A stretch of DNA of 41,725 nt, taken from IMG/VR virus record IMGVR_UViG_3300024186_000006, positions 1 through 41,725 of that record; one strand, given 5' to 3'. Source of the stretch: a virus. Taxonomy: Duplodnaviria; Caudoviricetes. Below, in pieces: positions 25,786-35,659 of this stretch. Both the position numbers and the translations under genes were made by a program. Below the pieces are notes generated by a model. The model searched no databases. It had not been told where the DNA came from and saw only the letters and a list, made by a program, of their open reading frames with translations. Each line of letters begins with the position of its first letter. The stretch's first letter is position 1.

Positions 25786-26057
25786 TGAATATCCCAGACC
25801 TGTCTAGTCAAGACTCAGTGAACCTACACATAGTAACTACACTCGGAGAAATCAGAGCGGATGTTGCGGCTTTGAAAGCGGGACAGAGTATCGTTGTGGA
25901 AACTCACAGTACCTTGAGAGCGGACATAACGAGTATAGAAGAAGATGTGAAGAAGCAGGGCCGACGCATCTCATATATGAGTGGAATTGCTGTAGGCTTA
26001 GGAGCTGCACTGGGAATCACAGGTAAAAAGGTACTAGAGACACTGGGGATTATCTAA
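25785..26057 (+). CDS. Coiled-coil protein with C-terminal TM
   Basis: Heptad-like region followed by GIAVGLGAALGI. Confidence 0.55.
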   Translation: MNIPDLSSQDSVNLHIVTTLGEIRADVAALKAGQSIVVETHSTLRADITSIEEDVKKQGRRISYMSGIAVGLGAALGITGKKVLETLGII

Positions 26058-26263
26058 TGCTATTCTATGGGGGACAAGGACAGCCTTTCGCCCAATACAA
26101 TCCGTGGAAGACTGAAGCCCAAGTCATCTCAGGGTTCAATCAAATGAACCCGATGAACAACCAACAGGGTCAAGATATGCAGGTCTATAGGACCTTGCTT
26201 AACTTTCATGGGCCAAGCGGCCCCACCCAGATGGGTCAATCAAACGTCTTTAGAACATACTAG
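26057..26263 (+). CDS. Hypothetical Q/N-rich protein
   Basis: 68 aa, TAATG-coupled. Confidence 0.5.
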   Translation: MLFYGGQGQPFAQYNPWKTEAQVISGFNQMNPMNNQQGQDMQVYRTLLNFHGPSGPTQMGQSNVFRTY

Positions 26264-26271
26264 GAGGAAGT

Positions 26272-26628
26272 ATGAATCGTATTCGGTTAGCAACTCAGGA
26301 AGAAGTGGATTCAATTAAGGAAGTAAGCGACCTTGACGCCTCATGTAATGTATTTGCTCTTGCAGCATCAGGAGAAGGAACTGGCAAAGCGGGATTGGCG
26401 GTTCGCCGAGTCTGCACTGAAATTGACCCCCTCGTTGCTGACGGTCTCTCCACCCGGTTCAAAGCTATCTTTATCCGGGACATCGAAACGGTTTTAGCTG
26501 CTCAGGGTGTCTTGTCGTATTACTTTAACATCGACCCAGATGACATTGAGTGGATAGATTTTATTACGAAGTGGGGCGGGGAACAAGTCAGTAAGAAACC
26601 GCTTTTGAGATTTAAAAGGACTCTCTAA
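26272..26628 (+). CDS. Hypothetical protein, possibly GNAT-like fold
   Basis: 'IRLAT.EE' start; position before the ejection genes is typical of podovirus GNAT-like proteins; AGGAGG RBS. Confidence 0.5.
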   Translation: MNRIRLATQEEVDSIKEVSDLDASCNVFALAASGEGTGKAGLAVRRVCTEIDPLVADGLSTRFKAIFIRDIETVLAAQGVLSYYFNIDPDDIEWIDFITKWGGEQVSKKPLLRFKRTL

Positions 26629-27257
26629 TGAGTACGCAGAACAAAACACAGAGTACAGCACAATTTAACCAAGGCTCAATGGGTGCTTTTAACCAGTTCA
26701 CCGGGTCTGGTAGTAATGCTTTGCTCAGTGAGATTAACGACCCGTATAGCAACATGGCGTTCAACACCCAGTTGCAGATGGGTAATCGCGCTCTCCAGCA
26801 ACAGCAAGGGATGGGCAATCAAGCCCTTCTTCAGCGGATGGGTGCGTCAGGCATTAACCCGAGTTCGCCTCTCTACCAGAGTCAGCTTGGCATGATGCAG
26901 CGTCAGGGTATGGCCAATCAGAGTGGGATGTATAATAACCTTCTCTTGAATGCCAGCCAGCTTCGTCAACAGGCTATCTATCAGGCTCTCGGTTACAAAC
27001 CGCTTCAGACAGGAATGACGAATGTCCAAACTCAAAGCGGGCTTGGCACTTGGCTCCCACAGGTTGCTGGTATGGCAATCAAAGGCGGGATGGCTGCTGC
27101 AACGGGCGGCGCTAGTCTTGCTGCGGGAGGGTTCGGTGGGGGGATTGGTAGTGCTTTCCTTGGAGCTAGTGGCTCTGCTCCTAACCAAAGTTTCTGGCAG
27201 AATAATGGCTCTAACGGATATGCTAACTACGACCAGACTCTTCAAGGACCTCAATAA
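26628..27257 (+). CDS. Putative DNA ejection/pilot protein
   Basis: Q/G/M-rich with a glycine-rich hydrophobic C-terminal segment. Confidence 0.6.
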   Translation: MSTQNKTQSTAQFNQGSMGAFNQFTGSGSNALLSEINDPYSNMAFNTQLQMGNRALQQQQGMGNQALLQRMGASGINPSSPLYQSQLGMMQRQGMANQSGMYNNLLLNASQLRQQAIYQALGYKPLQTGMTNVQTQSGLGTWLPQVAGMAIKGGMAAATGGASLAAGGFGGGIGSAFLGASGSAPNQSFWQNNGSNGYANYDQTLQGPQ

Positions 27258-27269
27258 GGACTAACGCCG

Positions 27270-28409
27270 ATGCCTTGGGATACAAATTCAGATTGGGACC
27301 AGATGATTGCTCCGTATCAACGGGCAGCTTCTCAATTCCAAAGTCCGTACTCAATCGTTGATAAGAACTCTTGGCTGGCTCAAAACCATCCGGGTGTTGC
27401 CAACGTTGCGGATAATGCTTTCCTTGCTGCGGCCATGACTCCGGGTCCGAGTGGACCTGAAGGAGTTGGTGGTGGTATCTCTCGAACCTTCCAAGGTCTT
27501 CTTGGGGCTCGTCAGTATCAACGTCAACAGCAACTCACCGCTGCAATGCTTCCCTATCAAATGATGCAGCCAATGCTCAATGCCGCTCACACTCGGGCAC
27601 AGATTGGTCAAGAGGAAGCTGCGGCTGATTACTACCGCGCTCACGGCAAGTACCTCGGAGACATGACTGATATCAACCAACAGAAGGCTGATATCGCTCA
27701 ACAACGTGCGGACCAAGCTAAGTTCGGTAAGCAACTCAACGACCCAGAGGAACGCTTCGCTTATAACTCTGTGTTCAAAAAGTACGGCGTTGATTCTATC
27801 GATAAGCTGACTCCCGACCAACTTGGAGAAGCTCAGACCAACTACGAGAACCTGAAGCGTCAGTCACACATCCGTAGCGGCTCGGCATCACTCAACGAGT
27901 ACATCATTGGTGCAAACCCTCGACAAGACGGGGAAACCGACCCAGCTTACAATAAACGAATCGCGGATGCGATTATCTCTGGTCAAAGTCAAATCGCGGG
28001 TGGAAGAACTAGCGCAGAACAGAACGCCCCACATCCTCAGGTCACTGCGGATAAGCTCATGGACGATTCTGCTAAGTGGGTTAACTACGGACTAGAGAAG
28101 CCGAAGCAGCAGAAGTCTCTCGACTACATGATGGACCATCCTGAAGTCAAGAGCCCAGAAGAAGCTGTAATGGCTATGCAGAAGAATCAAGCTGACTACG
28201 ACCAGAAGGTTGCGTCTCGTGGTATGTGGCGGACTTCTTATCTCTCTTCAGATGCTCCTAAGAACGGCATTGGTTTCATTGATTATTTAAAGCAGCAAAA
28301 AGCAATGGGTGTAAATATCGGGTCGTTTGGGAACCTCCCAGACAGCCCAACCAGTTCGGGCGTCAGCGCTCAGGGTGGAACTGGCAGCAGTTGGACTCCT
28401 AAGCAATAG
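27270..28409 (+). CDS. Putative DNA ejection/internal virion protein
   Basis: A/Q-rich helical protein between the pilot and the giant protein. Confidence 0.6.
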   Translation: MPWDTNSDWDQMIAPYQRAASQFQSPYSIVDKNSWLAQNHPGVANVADNAFLAAAMTPGPSGPEGVGGGISRTFQGLLGARQYQRQQQLTAAMLPYQMMQPMLNAAHTRAQIGQEEAAADYYRAHGKYLGDMTDINQQKADIAQQRADQAKFGKQLNDPEERFAYNSVFKKYGVDSIDKLTPDQLGEAQTNYENLKRQSHIRSGSASLNEYIIGANPRQDGETDPAYNKRIADAIISGQSQIAGGRTSAEQNAPHPQVTADKLMDDSAKWVNYGLEKPKQQKSLDYMMDHPEVKSPEEAVMAMQKNQADYDQKVASRGMWRTSYLSSDAPKNGIGFIDYLKQQKAMGVNIGSFGNLPDSPTSSGVSAQGGTGSSWTPKQ

Positions 28410-28417
28410 GTGATTAA

Positions 28418-31400
28418 ATGCCCCCACAGCAGGGACAACAAACTCCGGGAGAAGATGTTCTCCTAGATACACTCCGTCGTTCTAAGATTACGGATGAGCA
28501 ACGTCAATCTATTTGGGATGCCTATCACACACAAGGCGATGAAAAGTCTTGGGTGGGTGGGATTAACAAACTCGAATACCCAGACGATGTAAAGCAAACG
28601 CTTTATGACATGCGGTGGAAGGGCTTTAAGAACCTTCCAACTAAAGGTCCTGAAGCTGTTCAGCAACCTGCTGCTACTCCACAGGTCCAGACTCCTCAGG
28701 CTCCGGCTAAGACTCAAACTGCTCAACTTCAAGCGCAACCGGGTCTCTTGGATAAGGCTGCGTCTCTTATCTTTGGGGATGCGAATACTCAGTGGGGTTC
28801 TGAAGCTCGTGCTCTAATGCACGGGGACTTCAAGAAGGCCGCTCAGATTGAGTTTACCCCCAAGAGTCAGTTCGCTGCTCCAGCACAATCTCGTCCTATC
28901 TACCAACCCGCTGACCCGAAGGACCCCTACTACCAACAGCACCCAGTTATTAGGGCAGTCCGCGATGTTGCTTCAGGTCTAACGACTCCCGAGAGCGTTG
29001 CTACCCTTATGGGTACTGGCGGCCTCGGTGAAGTTGGAACCGCTGCGAACGCTTTGTTCCGTACTCAGATGGCTGTCGGTACGGGCGAAGCTGGATACAA
29101 AGCGGCTAAAGCTATTCAAGCTGGCGACAGCAGTGAAGCTAAGTACCAAGCTGCAACAGGTGTTCTCACTGGTCTAATGACCGCTCATGGTGGCTTTGCT
29201 CCAGATGAAGCACCTGCTACTAAAGATTTCAAGGGCGGAGCCTATACTGAGCCTGTCTCGAAAGCTCCTGCACCTCAAGCTCCAGCAACTCCGGCGTCTC
29301 CTGTATTCAAGAGTGAGGCGATTGGAGCTGTTGCCGGGACTCCTACTAAAGACCCTCTCCGTCTCGCTGACTCGCTCAGAGCGGAGAACTACGACCTCAA
29401 CGCCAGACTCAAAGGCGTTAGTGGTCCTGATGCGGCTGTCATTCAACAGCGCATCAATGAGAACCACGCACAAATTGCTGAACATGAGAAAGCTCGCTTC
29501 TCTCAGAATCAGCCCGTAGATGTTGTCGCTCCACGCCCTGTTCAACCTGCTCCCTTGCCAACTTTCACGAGAGCAGAGAGCCCGATGAGACCGTATGACC
29601 CAACTGGGACACGGTTTGCAAAGGGTGGAACAGTCGGTATGGAGCCTGTTGATTTTTCAGAGGCAGTTGCTCCCTCACCGAAGCCGGAAGGTCAGCCCCC
29701 ACTCAAGGTCACAGTAGACAATGTTGGTCTACGTTGGGCTGAAGACCCGGTCTCAGGTCGTAAGGTTACAGTACCGAAGCGCATCGCTGACTCCGATGTA
29801 GAAACTTATGCACGACCTGAGATTGCGAAACAGGTCTCCGGGAACGCTGCTATGCAGCAGCACTTTAAAGATAATCCAGTTGTTCCGGTACAGGCTGAGA
29901 AGCTTAACGGCGCGAAACCAGAACCGATTGAAACTGTAGTCAAGCCGACTGAGGGACCCAAAGTGGTGGCTCGGAACTTTGACCTCCCCTCACAGGTCAA
30001 GGACGATATCTCTACGCTGGTTGATAAGCGGATGGGTATCCAGACCACGGACGCTGAAGAAGCATCTCCTCGCTTTAAGGCGATGTCTAGCGCAGAAGCG
30101 GACCTCACTGGCAAGCTCAAGGGCTCTGTCAGGGAACACCTGCGCTCTCTCACGAACGAGCAGGTCCTCCAACTCCGGGATAAGTACTCTAAGTCGAGTG
30201 AGGACTTCCAGAAGCAAGCTGATGCTGTTCGGGAGCTGACTGACCAGACCGTTAAGAACCGCGACATCAAGAAGTCTCTCATTGAGATGAAGGCTTCTGG
30301 TGGACCAGTCAAGAGGGTAGCCACGGGGGGTGTAGACCCGGAAACTGGTGAAGCTGAGACCATCGGGGTCAAGCCTCAGGCGGATGTAAAGCGCGGCGGT
30401 AGACTCCTAATCAACGACCTCCTCGGGTATAAGAACCCGCAGGGAGCTGAAGTATTCCACATTAACGATGCGCCTAAGGGCGTGAGTGATGAAGAGTGGG
30501 GCGGCTTCGTTCAGAAGGAACTGGCTCGGAGAGACCAGCTCACCCACGATATCAAGAAGCAGTTTGAACTCCAGACCAGTCTCTCAGAGATTTCTGGCGG
30601 TACGAATGAGGTAGACCAAGAAGGTTTCCTCGGGAAGATAAGGGAACTAGATGAACTAGAGAAGGGTATTGGTAAGTACGCTCTCTCTGAAGACGCGATG
30701 CCTGCTGGACGACGGGCTAATCTCCCACCCGAAAAGGGTCCCTCAGGTGAGATTAAAACCAGTGAAGCGCTCCCAACTTGGAACCTCAAGCGGGCTGAAG
30801 CTGTGTTCGGCAAAGACCTCCGCAAGATGCCGACTGATGAAGAGTTCTATAACAAAGCGGATGAACTCGAACACCACGCTAAACTCCATAGCGGTGTCTC
30901 GGTAGCTGCTGATAAAACTCTCGACGCCCGTAAGGCTGTAAAGTCTCAGCGCGGTTCAGTTGGTGAAGGCGGAGCTGAAGTCAAGATTGCTGCCGACCCC
31001 CTTCTAGAAGACGACAGCAAACGCTTTAGTGTAAGTGAAGTAACGAAAGCTGCGACAAAGAATAAGATTAACCACTATCAAGTTAGTGATAGCGAACCTG
31101 CGGGTGATTATGGTTGGCTGTCTAAAGACGGCAAGACCTTTATCGATAACGGTAATTCATTCCATGATGACGTAGCAGAAATGGTTACTGGAGACCCTTC
31201 GGGATATCGCGGTCTCTTGAAGAACGGCTGGATTCGTGTAGCGGATAGCCATTCGTTTCAAGTCGATTCTCTTACAAAGCAACACATTGCTACGATTGAG
31301 ATGATGACCATCCGTAATGGTAACTTCGGACGCCCTCTGGCGATTGATTTCCGGGACGGAGTTAATTACGCTCCGACTGGATTTAACATTCCGAGTGGAT

Positions 31401-34400
31401 GGGATAACCTCAGTAAGGCTATCGACCGTGCTCGGCTTGACCGTCGGAGACAGCTTGGAGCCGGAGGTGTTACTAACCTCGCTAGCGCTGCTGTTGGTGC
31501 GGGTGTTGGTTACGCTGCTGGCGGTGTACCGGGTGCGTTTGCGGGTTGGACTCTTGGATTCATTAGTCCGTCTCTCTTGCAGACTTCTGCGTTCAAAGCT
31601 TCTGCTAAAGCAATGAAGCCGATTGTGTCTTCGATGCACGACTTCATTATGGGTCCTGAACAGGAACCCAGTGCTGTCCCGACTCTGAAGAACATCACAG
31701 AGAAGCAGCATCAAGATATTCAAGGACCGACTTCTAACTACCTCTCTCGTATCGCACAACTCCCGGGCGACTTGATGAAGCAATGGTCCGACAAGAACGT
31801 TCTCATCAATGAGAACCCCGGAGCCCTTGGGAAGAAGCTTCTCAACTACGATAAGCGTGGTCAGGTGTTCCGCGACCTCAATGGGAAAATCTCAATTGAC
31901 GATAGCCCGTATGTCTCTTTGATGATGGCTGAAGGTAAAGCTTCAGGTCTTCAAGAAGCCCACATGCACGATTACAGCGGTATCGTTCGGGATGCCCAGA
32001 AGGGCGGAATCTATCAGCACCTCACCGACTACCTCAACCTTAAGGGTTATGCTCGTGCGAACGCTGTCGTAGATGAAAAGGTCGCAGACCTTCAAGCCAA
32101 CATCCAGAATATTCAGTCGAAGCTTCAGTCTCCGAGTCTAACTCCTCGGCAGAAGATTGCTTTGAATGACGACATGGTTGATACTCAAGCGCAGATTGAT
32201 GAGTACGCCAAGAAGAAGCGTCTAGGGAAAATCACTCCTGACGGCTTCGATACAAACAAGATTAACAGCGGTCTCCAGCAGATGCAGCAATCTCTTGGCC
32301 AAGCGAAGTACGCTCAGGTCGAACAGCTTGCTCAAAGAGTGTTTGGGATGAACCGAAAGGTTCTCGACCTCTTGCATCAGGGGGGAATCGTTAGCGATGA
32401 GAACTACCAGAAGTTCACGGGCCGTGGGGACGAGTACGTTCCGATGTCTCGTATTCTCTCGGACCTCTCTGAGAGCGCTTTCCAACGCAGTGGGAATAAA
32501 AAGCAATACCTCATGCGCCAGAATGTCATCCATGCTCTCGATGGAAGCGAGCGAGTAAACCGTCACCCTATTGTGGCGAGCGCAGATGCTAACCTCGAAG
32601 CTCTCCGTGAACTCACCCGCAATGATACGATGGGCACCTTCGTTGACCTAGCGAAGAAAGACCCTCAGGGTGTGGGGTCTGAACTCAAGCCAGTTCCTCA
32701 GGGCTATAAGCCTCAAGCCGGGGAACAGGTTGTTGCTCACTACCAGAATGGACTCCCTCAGCACTTTGCTGTCCCGGAATATCTTGGGCAAGTTCTCGAT
32801 GGACCGCCTATCGCAGCCAAGACCGGGCTCAACGCAGCCGCTTCATTCTTTCAACGCATGCTCCAGACTGGTGCAACAGGTGGAAACCTTGCGTTCTCTT
32901 TACCAAACGCTCTCCGTCACTTCGGAGACTTTGCGGCTCTTTCTGAAGCGGGTGTCCGTCCCAAAGCGGGAGCCCGGGATGTTGCACGTCTTCTCTCGAT
33001 GTGGGGAGAGAGCTTCTTGTCTACAGTCCGTAAAGACGCAACGTGGCAAGACTATGTTCGTTCGGGTGCAGGTTTCTCCACCCTGCAAAGACAGATTAGC
33101 CCGGAACACTTTGTCTCCCTCGACCAGCTTGGCTGGAAGGGAAAGCTTATTCGCGGGCGAGTACTTGACCTAGTTAAAGATGTGAATGGGGCTATTGAGG
33201 ATTCAACGAAACTAACTGCTTATCGTCGGGCTCGTGAGGCCGGGATGAGTGAGAAGTCGGCTGGTTGGGAAACCATGAACTACGGTGGAGCCCCTAACTT
33301 CTCTCGTGGCGGGACGATGGCTCCTTCAATGAACCTCGTCTCCATGTTCTTCAATGCTCACTTACAATATGTGAGCCGTGTATTCAAGCGGGCTCAAGAG
33401 AACCCGGCTCGTGTGGGTATGGCTCTCGCTGCTGTAGCCGCGATGTCTCTTTCACTCAACGAGCACAACTGGAATCAGAAAGACGACCAAGGCCGTCCTC
33501 TGATGAACATGGTTAGCAAGGCTGACCGTGAGAACTACTTCAACGTCCTAACTGGAGAAACCGCTCGCAACAAGAAGGGCGATATCTATCCGGTGGGTGT
33601 GAAGATTCCTAAGCCCTCGTTCGTTAAGTTCCTCTATAACCCAATCGAAAACTTCATCAATAAGGAAGCAGGACGCGAGCAGGAGAGCGCTAAACAGCTC
33701 ACTCTTGATTCACTCTCTTCGTACTTCCCGGGCCAGATGCACCTCGAAGCCAATAACCTCAAGGGTAGTCTCGCTAGTGGGTTGGTTAGTAGCACGAACC
33801 CAATCATCAGACTTCCTATCGAGGAAGCCGCAAACAAAACTCCGTTTGGTCCGGTGGTTCCGACGAGAGAACAGAAGATTGAACCCGCGTATCAGTTCGG
33901 GCCGAGCACCTCGAAAACCGCTGTTCAAATGGGACAGGGTGGACTTAAGGGAGCTGAGGCTGGAGCTGTCGCTGGCGGAACTCTTGGCTACCTCTTTGGT
34001 GGATATCCGGGTGCTGGAGTAGGTGCTGTAGCTGGCGCAGGTATCGGAACCGCTGGTGTAAGCCCACGTAGACTTGACCACATTCAACGTGGTATCGGTG
34101 GCGGTATCAGTGAGATTGCCACAACCATCACGAACCCATTCTTCGGTGGAGTAAAGGAGTCTCGTCCATTGTCTTCAGCAGAAGAAACTCGTCAGACCCC
34201 AATCGTTGGACCTATTGGTTCTAGGTTCCAAGTGTCTCCAGTCAACCAAGAAGCTATCCGATTGGAGAGAGACTTCTATGATAAGTCCGCAAAGGTATCT
34301 GAGAAAGCTGCGACCTTCGACCGTCTCAAGAACGACGACAAGGTAACGGATGCTGCGGTCTACCTTCGCTTGAATCGTTCGCAGATTGAAGCTGGTAGGT

Positions 34401-34618
34401 TCTCAGCAGACATGCAAGCCAAGTTGGGAGAACTCAACTCCCAGATTCGTCGAGTTCAGGAAGCACCCAACATGCCGGAAGAAACCCGAACCGAAGTACT
34501 CAAGAACTTCAGCGAACTCAAGATGCGTTTGCTCAAGCAGTTCAATCAGATTCTCGACCGCACTGAACAACGTGGTGACGACCTCCCACGCGGCAATGGG
34601 AATCTAACAAACAGATAG
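28418..34618 (+). CDS. Large polyvalent internal virion/ejection protein (LPD38-like C-terminus)
   Basis: 2066 aa; C-terminal 'N..R.F', 'NFSRGG', 'FFNA..Q', 'KIPKP', 'NP.I....E...NK..F...V' patterns. Confidence 0.7.
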   Translation: MPPQQGQQTPGEDVLLDTLRRSKITDEQRQSIWDAYHTQGDEKSWVGGINKLEYPDDVKQTLYDMRWKGFKNLPTKGPEAVQQPAATPQVQTPQAPAKTQTAQLQAQPGLLDKAASLIFGDANTQWGSEARALMHGDFKKAAQIEFTPKSQFAAPAQSRPIYQPADPKDPYYQQHPVIRAVRDVASGLTTPESVATLMGTGGLGEVGTAANALFRTQMAVGTGEAGYKAAKAIQAGDSSEAKYQAATGVLTGLMTAHGGFAPDEAPATKDFKGGAYTEPVSKAPAPQAPATPASPVFKSEAIGAVAGTPTKDPLRLADSLRAENYDLNARLKGVSGPDAAVIQQRINENHAQIAEHEKARFSQNQPVDVVAPRPVQPAPLPTFTRAESPMRPYDPTGTRFAKGGTVGMEPVDFSEAVAPSPKPEGQPPLKVTVDNVGLRWAEDPVSGRKVTVPKRIADSDVETYARPEIAKQVSGNAAMQQHFKDNPVVPVQAEKLNGAKPEPIETVVKPTEGPKVVARNFDLPSQVKDDISTLVDKRMGIQTTDAEEASPRFKAMSSAEADLTGKLKGSVREHLRSLTNEQVLQLRDKYSKSSEDFQKQADAVRELTDQTVKNRDIKKSLIEMKASGGPVKRVATGGVDPETGEAETIGVKPQADVKRGGRLLINDLLGYKNPQGAEVFHINDAPKGVSDEEWGGFVQKELARRDQLTHDIKKQFELQTSLSEISGGTNEVDQEGFLGKIRELDELEKGIGKYALSEDAMPAGRRANLPPEKGPSGEIKTSEALPTWNLKRAEAVFGKDLRKMPTDEEFYNKADELEHHAKLHSGVSVAADKTLDARKAVKSQRGSVGEGGAEVKIAADPLLEDDSKRFSVSEVTKAATKNKINHYQVSDSEPAGDYGWLSKDGKTFIDNGNSFHDDVAEMVTGDPSGYRGLLKNGWIRVADSHSFQVDSLTKQHIATIEMMTIRNGNFGRPLAIDFRDGVNYAPTGFNIPSGWDNLSKAIDRARLDRRRQLGAGGVTNLASAAVGAGVGYAAGGVPGAFAGWTLGFISPSLLQTSAFKASAKAMKPIVSSMHDFIMGPEQEPSAVPTLKNITEKQHQDIQGPTSNYLSRIAQLPGDLMKQWSDKNVLINENPGALGKKLLNYDKRGQVFRDLNGKISIDDSPYVSLMMAEGKASGLQEAHMHDYSGIVRDAQKGGIYQHLTDYLNLKGYARANAVVDEKVADLQANIQNIQSKLQSPSLTPRQKIALNDDMVDTQAQIDEYAKKKRLGKITPDGFDTNKINSGLQQMQQSLGQAKYAQVEQLAQRVFGMNRKVLDLLHQGGIVSDENYQKFTGRGDEYVPMSRILSDLSESAFQRSGNKKQYLMRQNVIHALDGSERVNRHPIVASADANLEALRELTRNDTMGTFVDLAKKDPQGVGSELKPVPQGYKPQAGEQVVAHYQNGLPQHFAVPEYLGQVLDGPPIAAKTGLNAAASFFQRMLQTGATGGNLAFSLPNALRHFGDFAALSEAGVRPKAGARDVARLLSMWGESFLSTVRKDATWQDYVRSGAGFSTLQRQISPEHFVSLDQLGWKGKLIRGRVLDLVKDVNGAIEDSTKLTAYRRAREAGMSEKSAGWETMNYGGAPNFSRGGTMAPSMNLVSMFFNAHLQYVSRVFKRAQENPARVGMALAAVAAMSLSLNEHNWNQKDDQGRPLMNMVSKADRENYFNVLTGETARNKKGDIYPVGVKIPKPSFVKFLYNPIENFINKEAGREQESAKQLTLDSLSSYFPGQMHLEANNLKGSLASGLVSSTNPIIRLPIEEAANKTPFGPVVPTREQKIEPAYQFGPSTSKTAVQMGQGGLKGAEAGAVAGGTLGYLFGGYPGAGVGAVAGAGIGTAGVSPRRLDHIQRGIGGGISEIATTITNPFFGGVKESRPLSSAEETRQTPIVGPIGSRFQVSPVNQEAIRLERDFYDKSAKVSEKAATFDRLKNDDKVTDAAVYLRLNRSQIEAGRFSADMQAKLGELNSQIRRVQEAPNMPEETRTEVLKNFSELKMRLLKQFNQILDRTEQRGDDLPRGNGNLTNR

Positions 34619-34627
34619 AGGGACCCT

Positions 34628-35383
34628 ATGGGTGGGAGAATTAAATATCGGCTCATCAAATATCTTGGTGAGTACCAGAAGTGGCTTCGTGACCTGTATG
34701 GTCGCCAGCCTTGGCGCGTTCAGGAAGCTTTCCTTGAGAGGTTCTTCTCTCGCTTTCCTCGGAACATCGGGCTAGAGAGATTCTCTGTGTCTGATGTCTC
34801 CGCCTATCGGAGTTGGCGCATTGAATCCGGGACCGCTCGCTCCACCATTGAGATGGAGATTAAAGCCCTAGACCGTTTCTGGCGCTACCTAATAGAGGAC
34901 CGTGGGTGCAAGCTGTTCAATCCTGCGAGGCCCTGTCTCTCGAATAGAGAGCCGAAGGAGTTCGTCGATACCCGAGTTCTGAGGGTCGATGAGTTCAAGA
35001 GGTTTCTGGAGGCGGCTGATGAAGACCTCAGGCAGTACATAGTCTCTGCTGCGACAAAGACAAAACCCCCGAAGCGATTGCTCGGGGGCTGGATAAACAC
35101 TAAGATTAAACGGGCTCAGAAGGCTAGCGGACTAACCTACATCACGATGGCGTTGATTCGGAGGTCTCTTGCTAGAGGTTTATGGCGTGAGATTATCAGA
35201 GAGTACTGCGAGATAGTTCTCAGTAGTAAGGATGGTGGCCTTCAAACGGGCGACCCCTTGATTTCTGAACCCAAGCCTATCAGCGACGGCGAGAGAACAG
35301 TCGAGCGCCCGCCCCTCAACGTAGGGCCCTCTATCCCGGACCACGACAACAACCTGCCGCTTATTACGGACATTATTCAATAG
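34628..35383 (+). CDS. Tyrosine-recombinase core-binding (SAM-like) domain protein, apparently lacking an intact catalytic domain
   Basis: 'SDV.AYR.WR...G.A.STI..EI.AL..FW.YL.......NPA' followed by 'L..DEF.RFL'. No recognisable 'G.R..E' or HxxR...Y motifs. Confidence 0.65.
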   Translation: MGGRIKYRLIKYLGEYQKWLRDLYGRQPWRVQEAFLERFFSRFPRNIGLERFSVSDVSAYRSWRIESGTARSTIEMEIKALDRFWRYLIEDRGCKLFNPARPCLSNREPKEFVDTRVLRVDEFKRFLEAADEDLRQYIVSAATKTKPPKRLLGGWINTKIKRAQKASGLTYITMALIRRSLARGLWREIIREYCEIVLSSKDGGLQTGDPLISEPKPISDGERTVERPPLNVGPSIPDHDNNLPLITDIIQ

Positions 35384-35659
35384 AATCACTGTCCCGCAAC
35401 GAAGGGTCGGGCTCGCTACTGTCATCTTCGTCTGGTCGTATTTCTGGCCGCACGCTGTCATCCGCCCGTTGAAACCCGGGCCGTACCAACTCGCCACTAC
35501 TGTCGCTGACAGTGGTGGCTTTTTCTTTTTGATGACCACGGCGTTTGTACCATTGGGTTCGTTCATGCAGGAACTCTTTATAGGCTCCGAGATGTTCGCG
35601 CTCAACAGAAAGAAGCTTCCAATCAACAACAAGAATCGCGATAAGTATCCCAAAATCAA
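35180..35659 (-). CDS. rlpA: RlpA-like lytic transglycosylase (double-psi beta-barrel)
   Basis: ASWYGPGFNG..TACG..YD...MT.AS.TL..GT; DRGPY..GR.LD.S...A..LG; N-terminal signal/TM. Confidence 0.88.
   Translation of the reverse strand: MILGYLSRFLLLIGSFFLLSANISEPIKSSCMNEPNGTNAVVIKKKKPPLSATVVASWYGPGFNGRMTACGQKYDQTKMTVASPTLRCGTVILLNNVRNKRQVVVVVRDRGPYVEGRALDCSLAVADRLGFRNQGVARLKATILTTENYLAVLSDNLTP

Noticed and set aside
19627-35025. Other CTGATGA occurrences on the plus strand (~19629, 21903, 30834, 33501, 35016)
   Set aside because: They lie inside coding sequence and I found no flanking stems or matching GAAA core.
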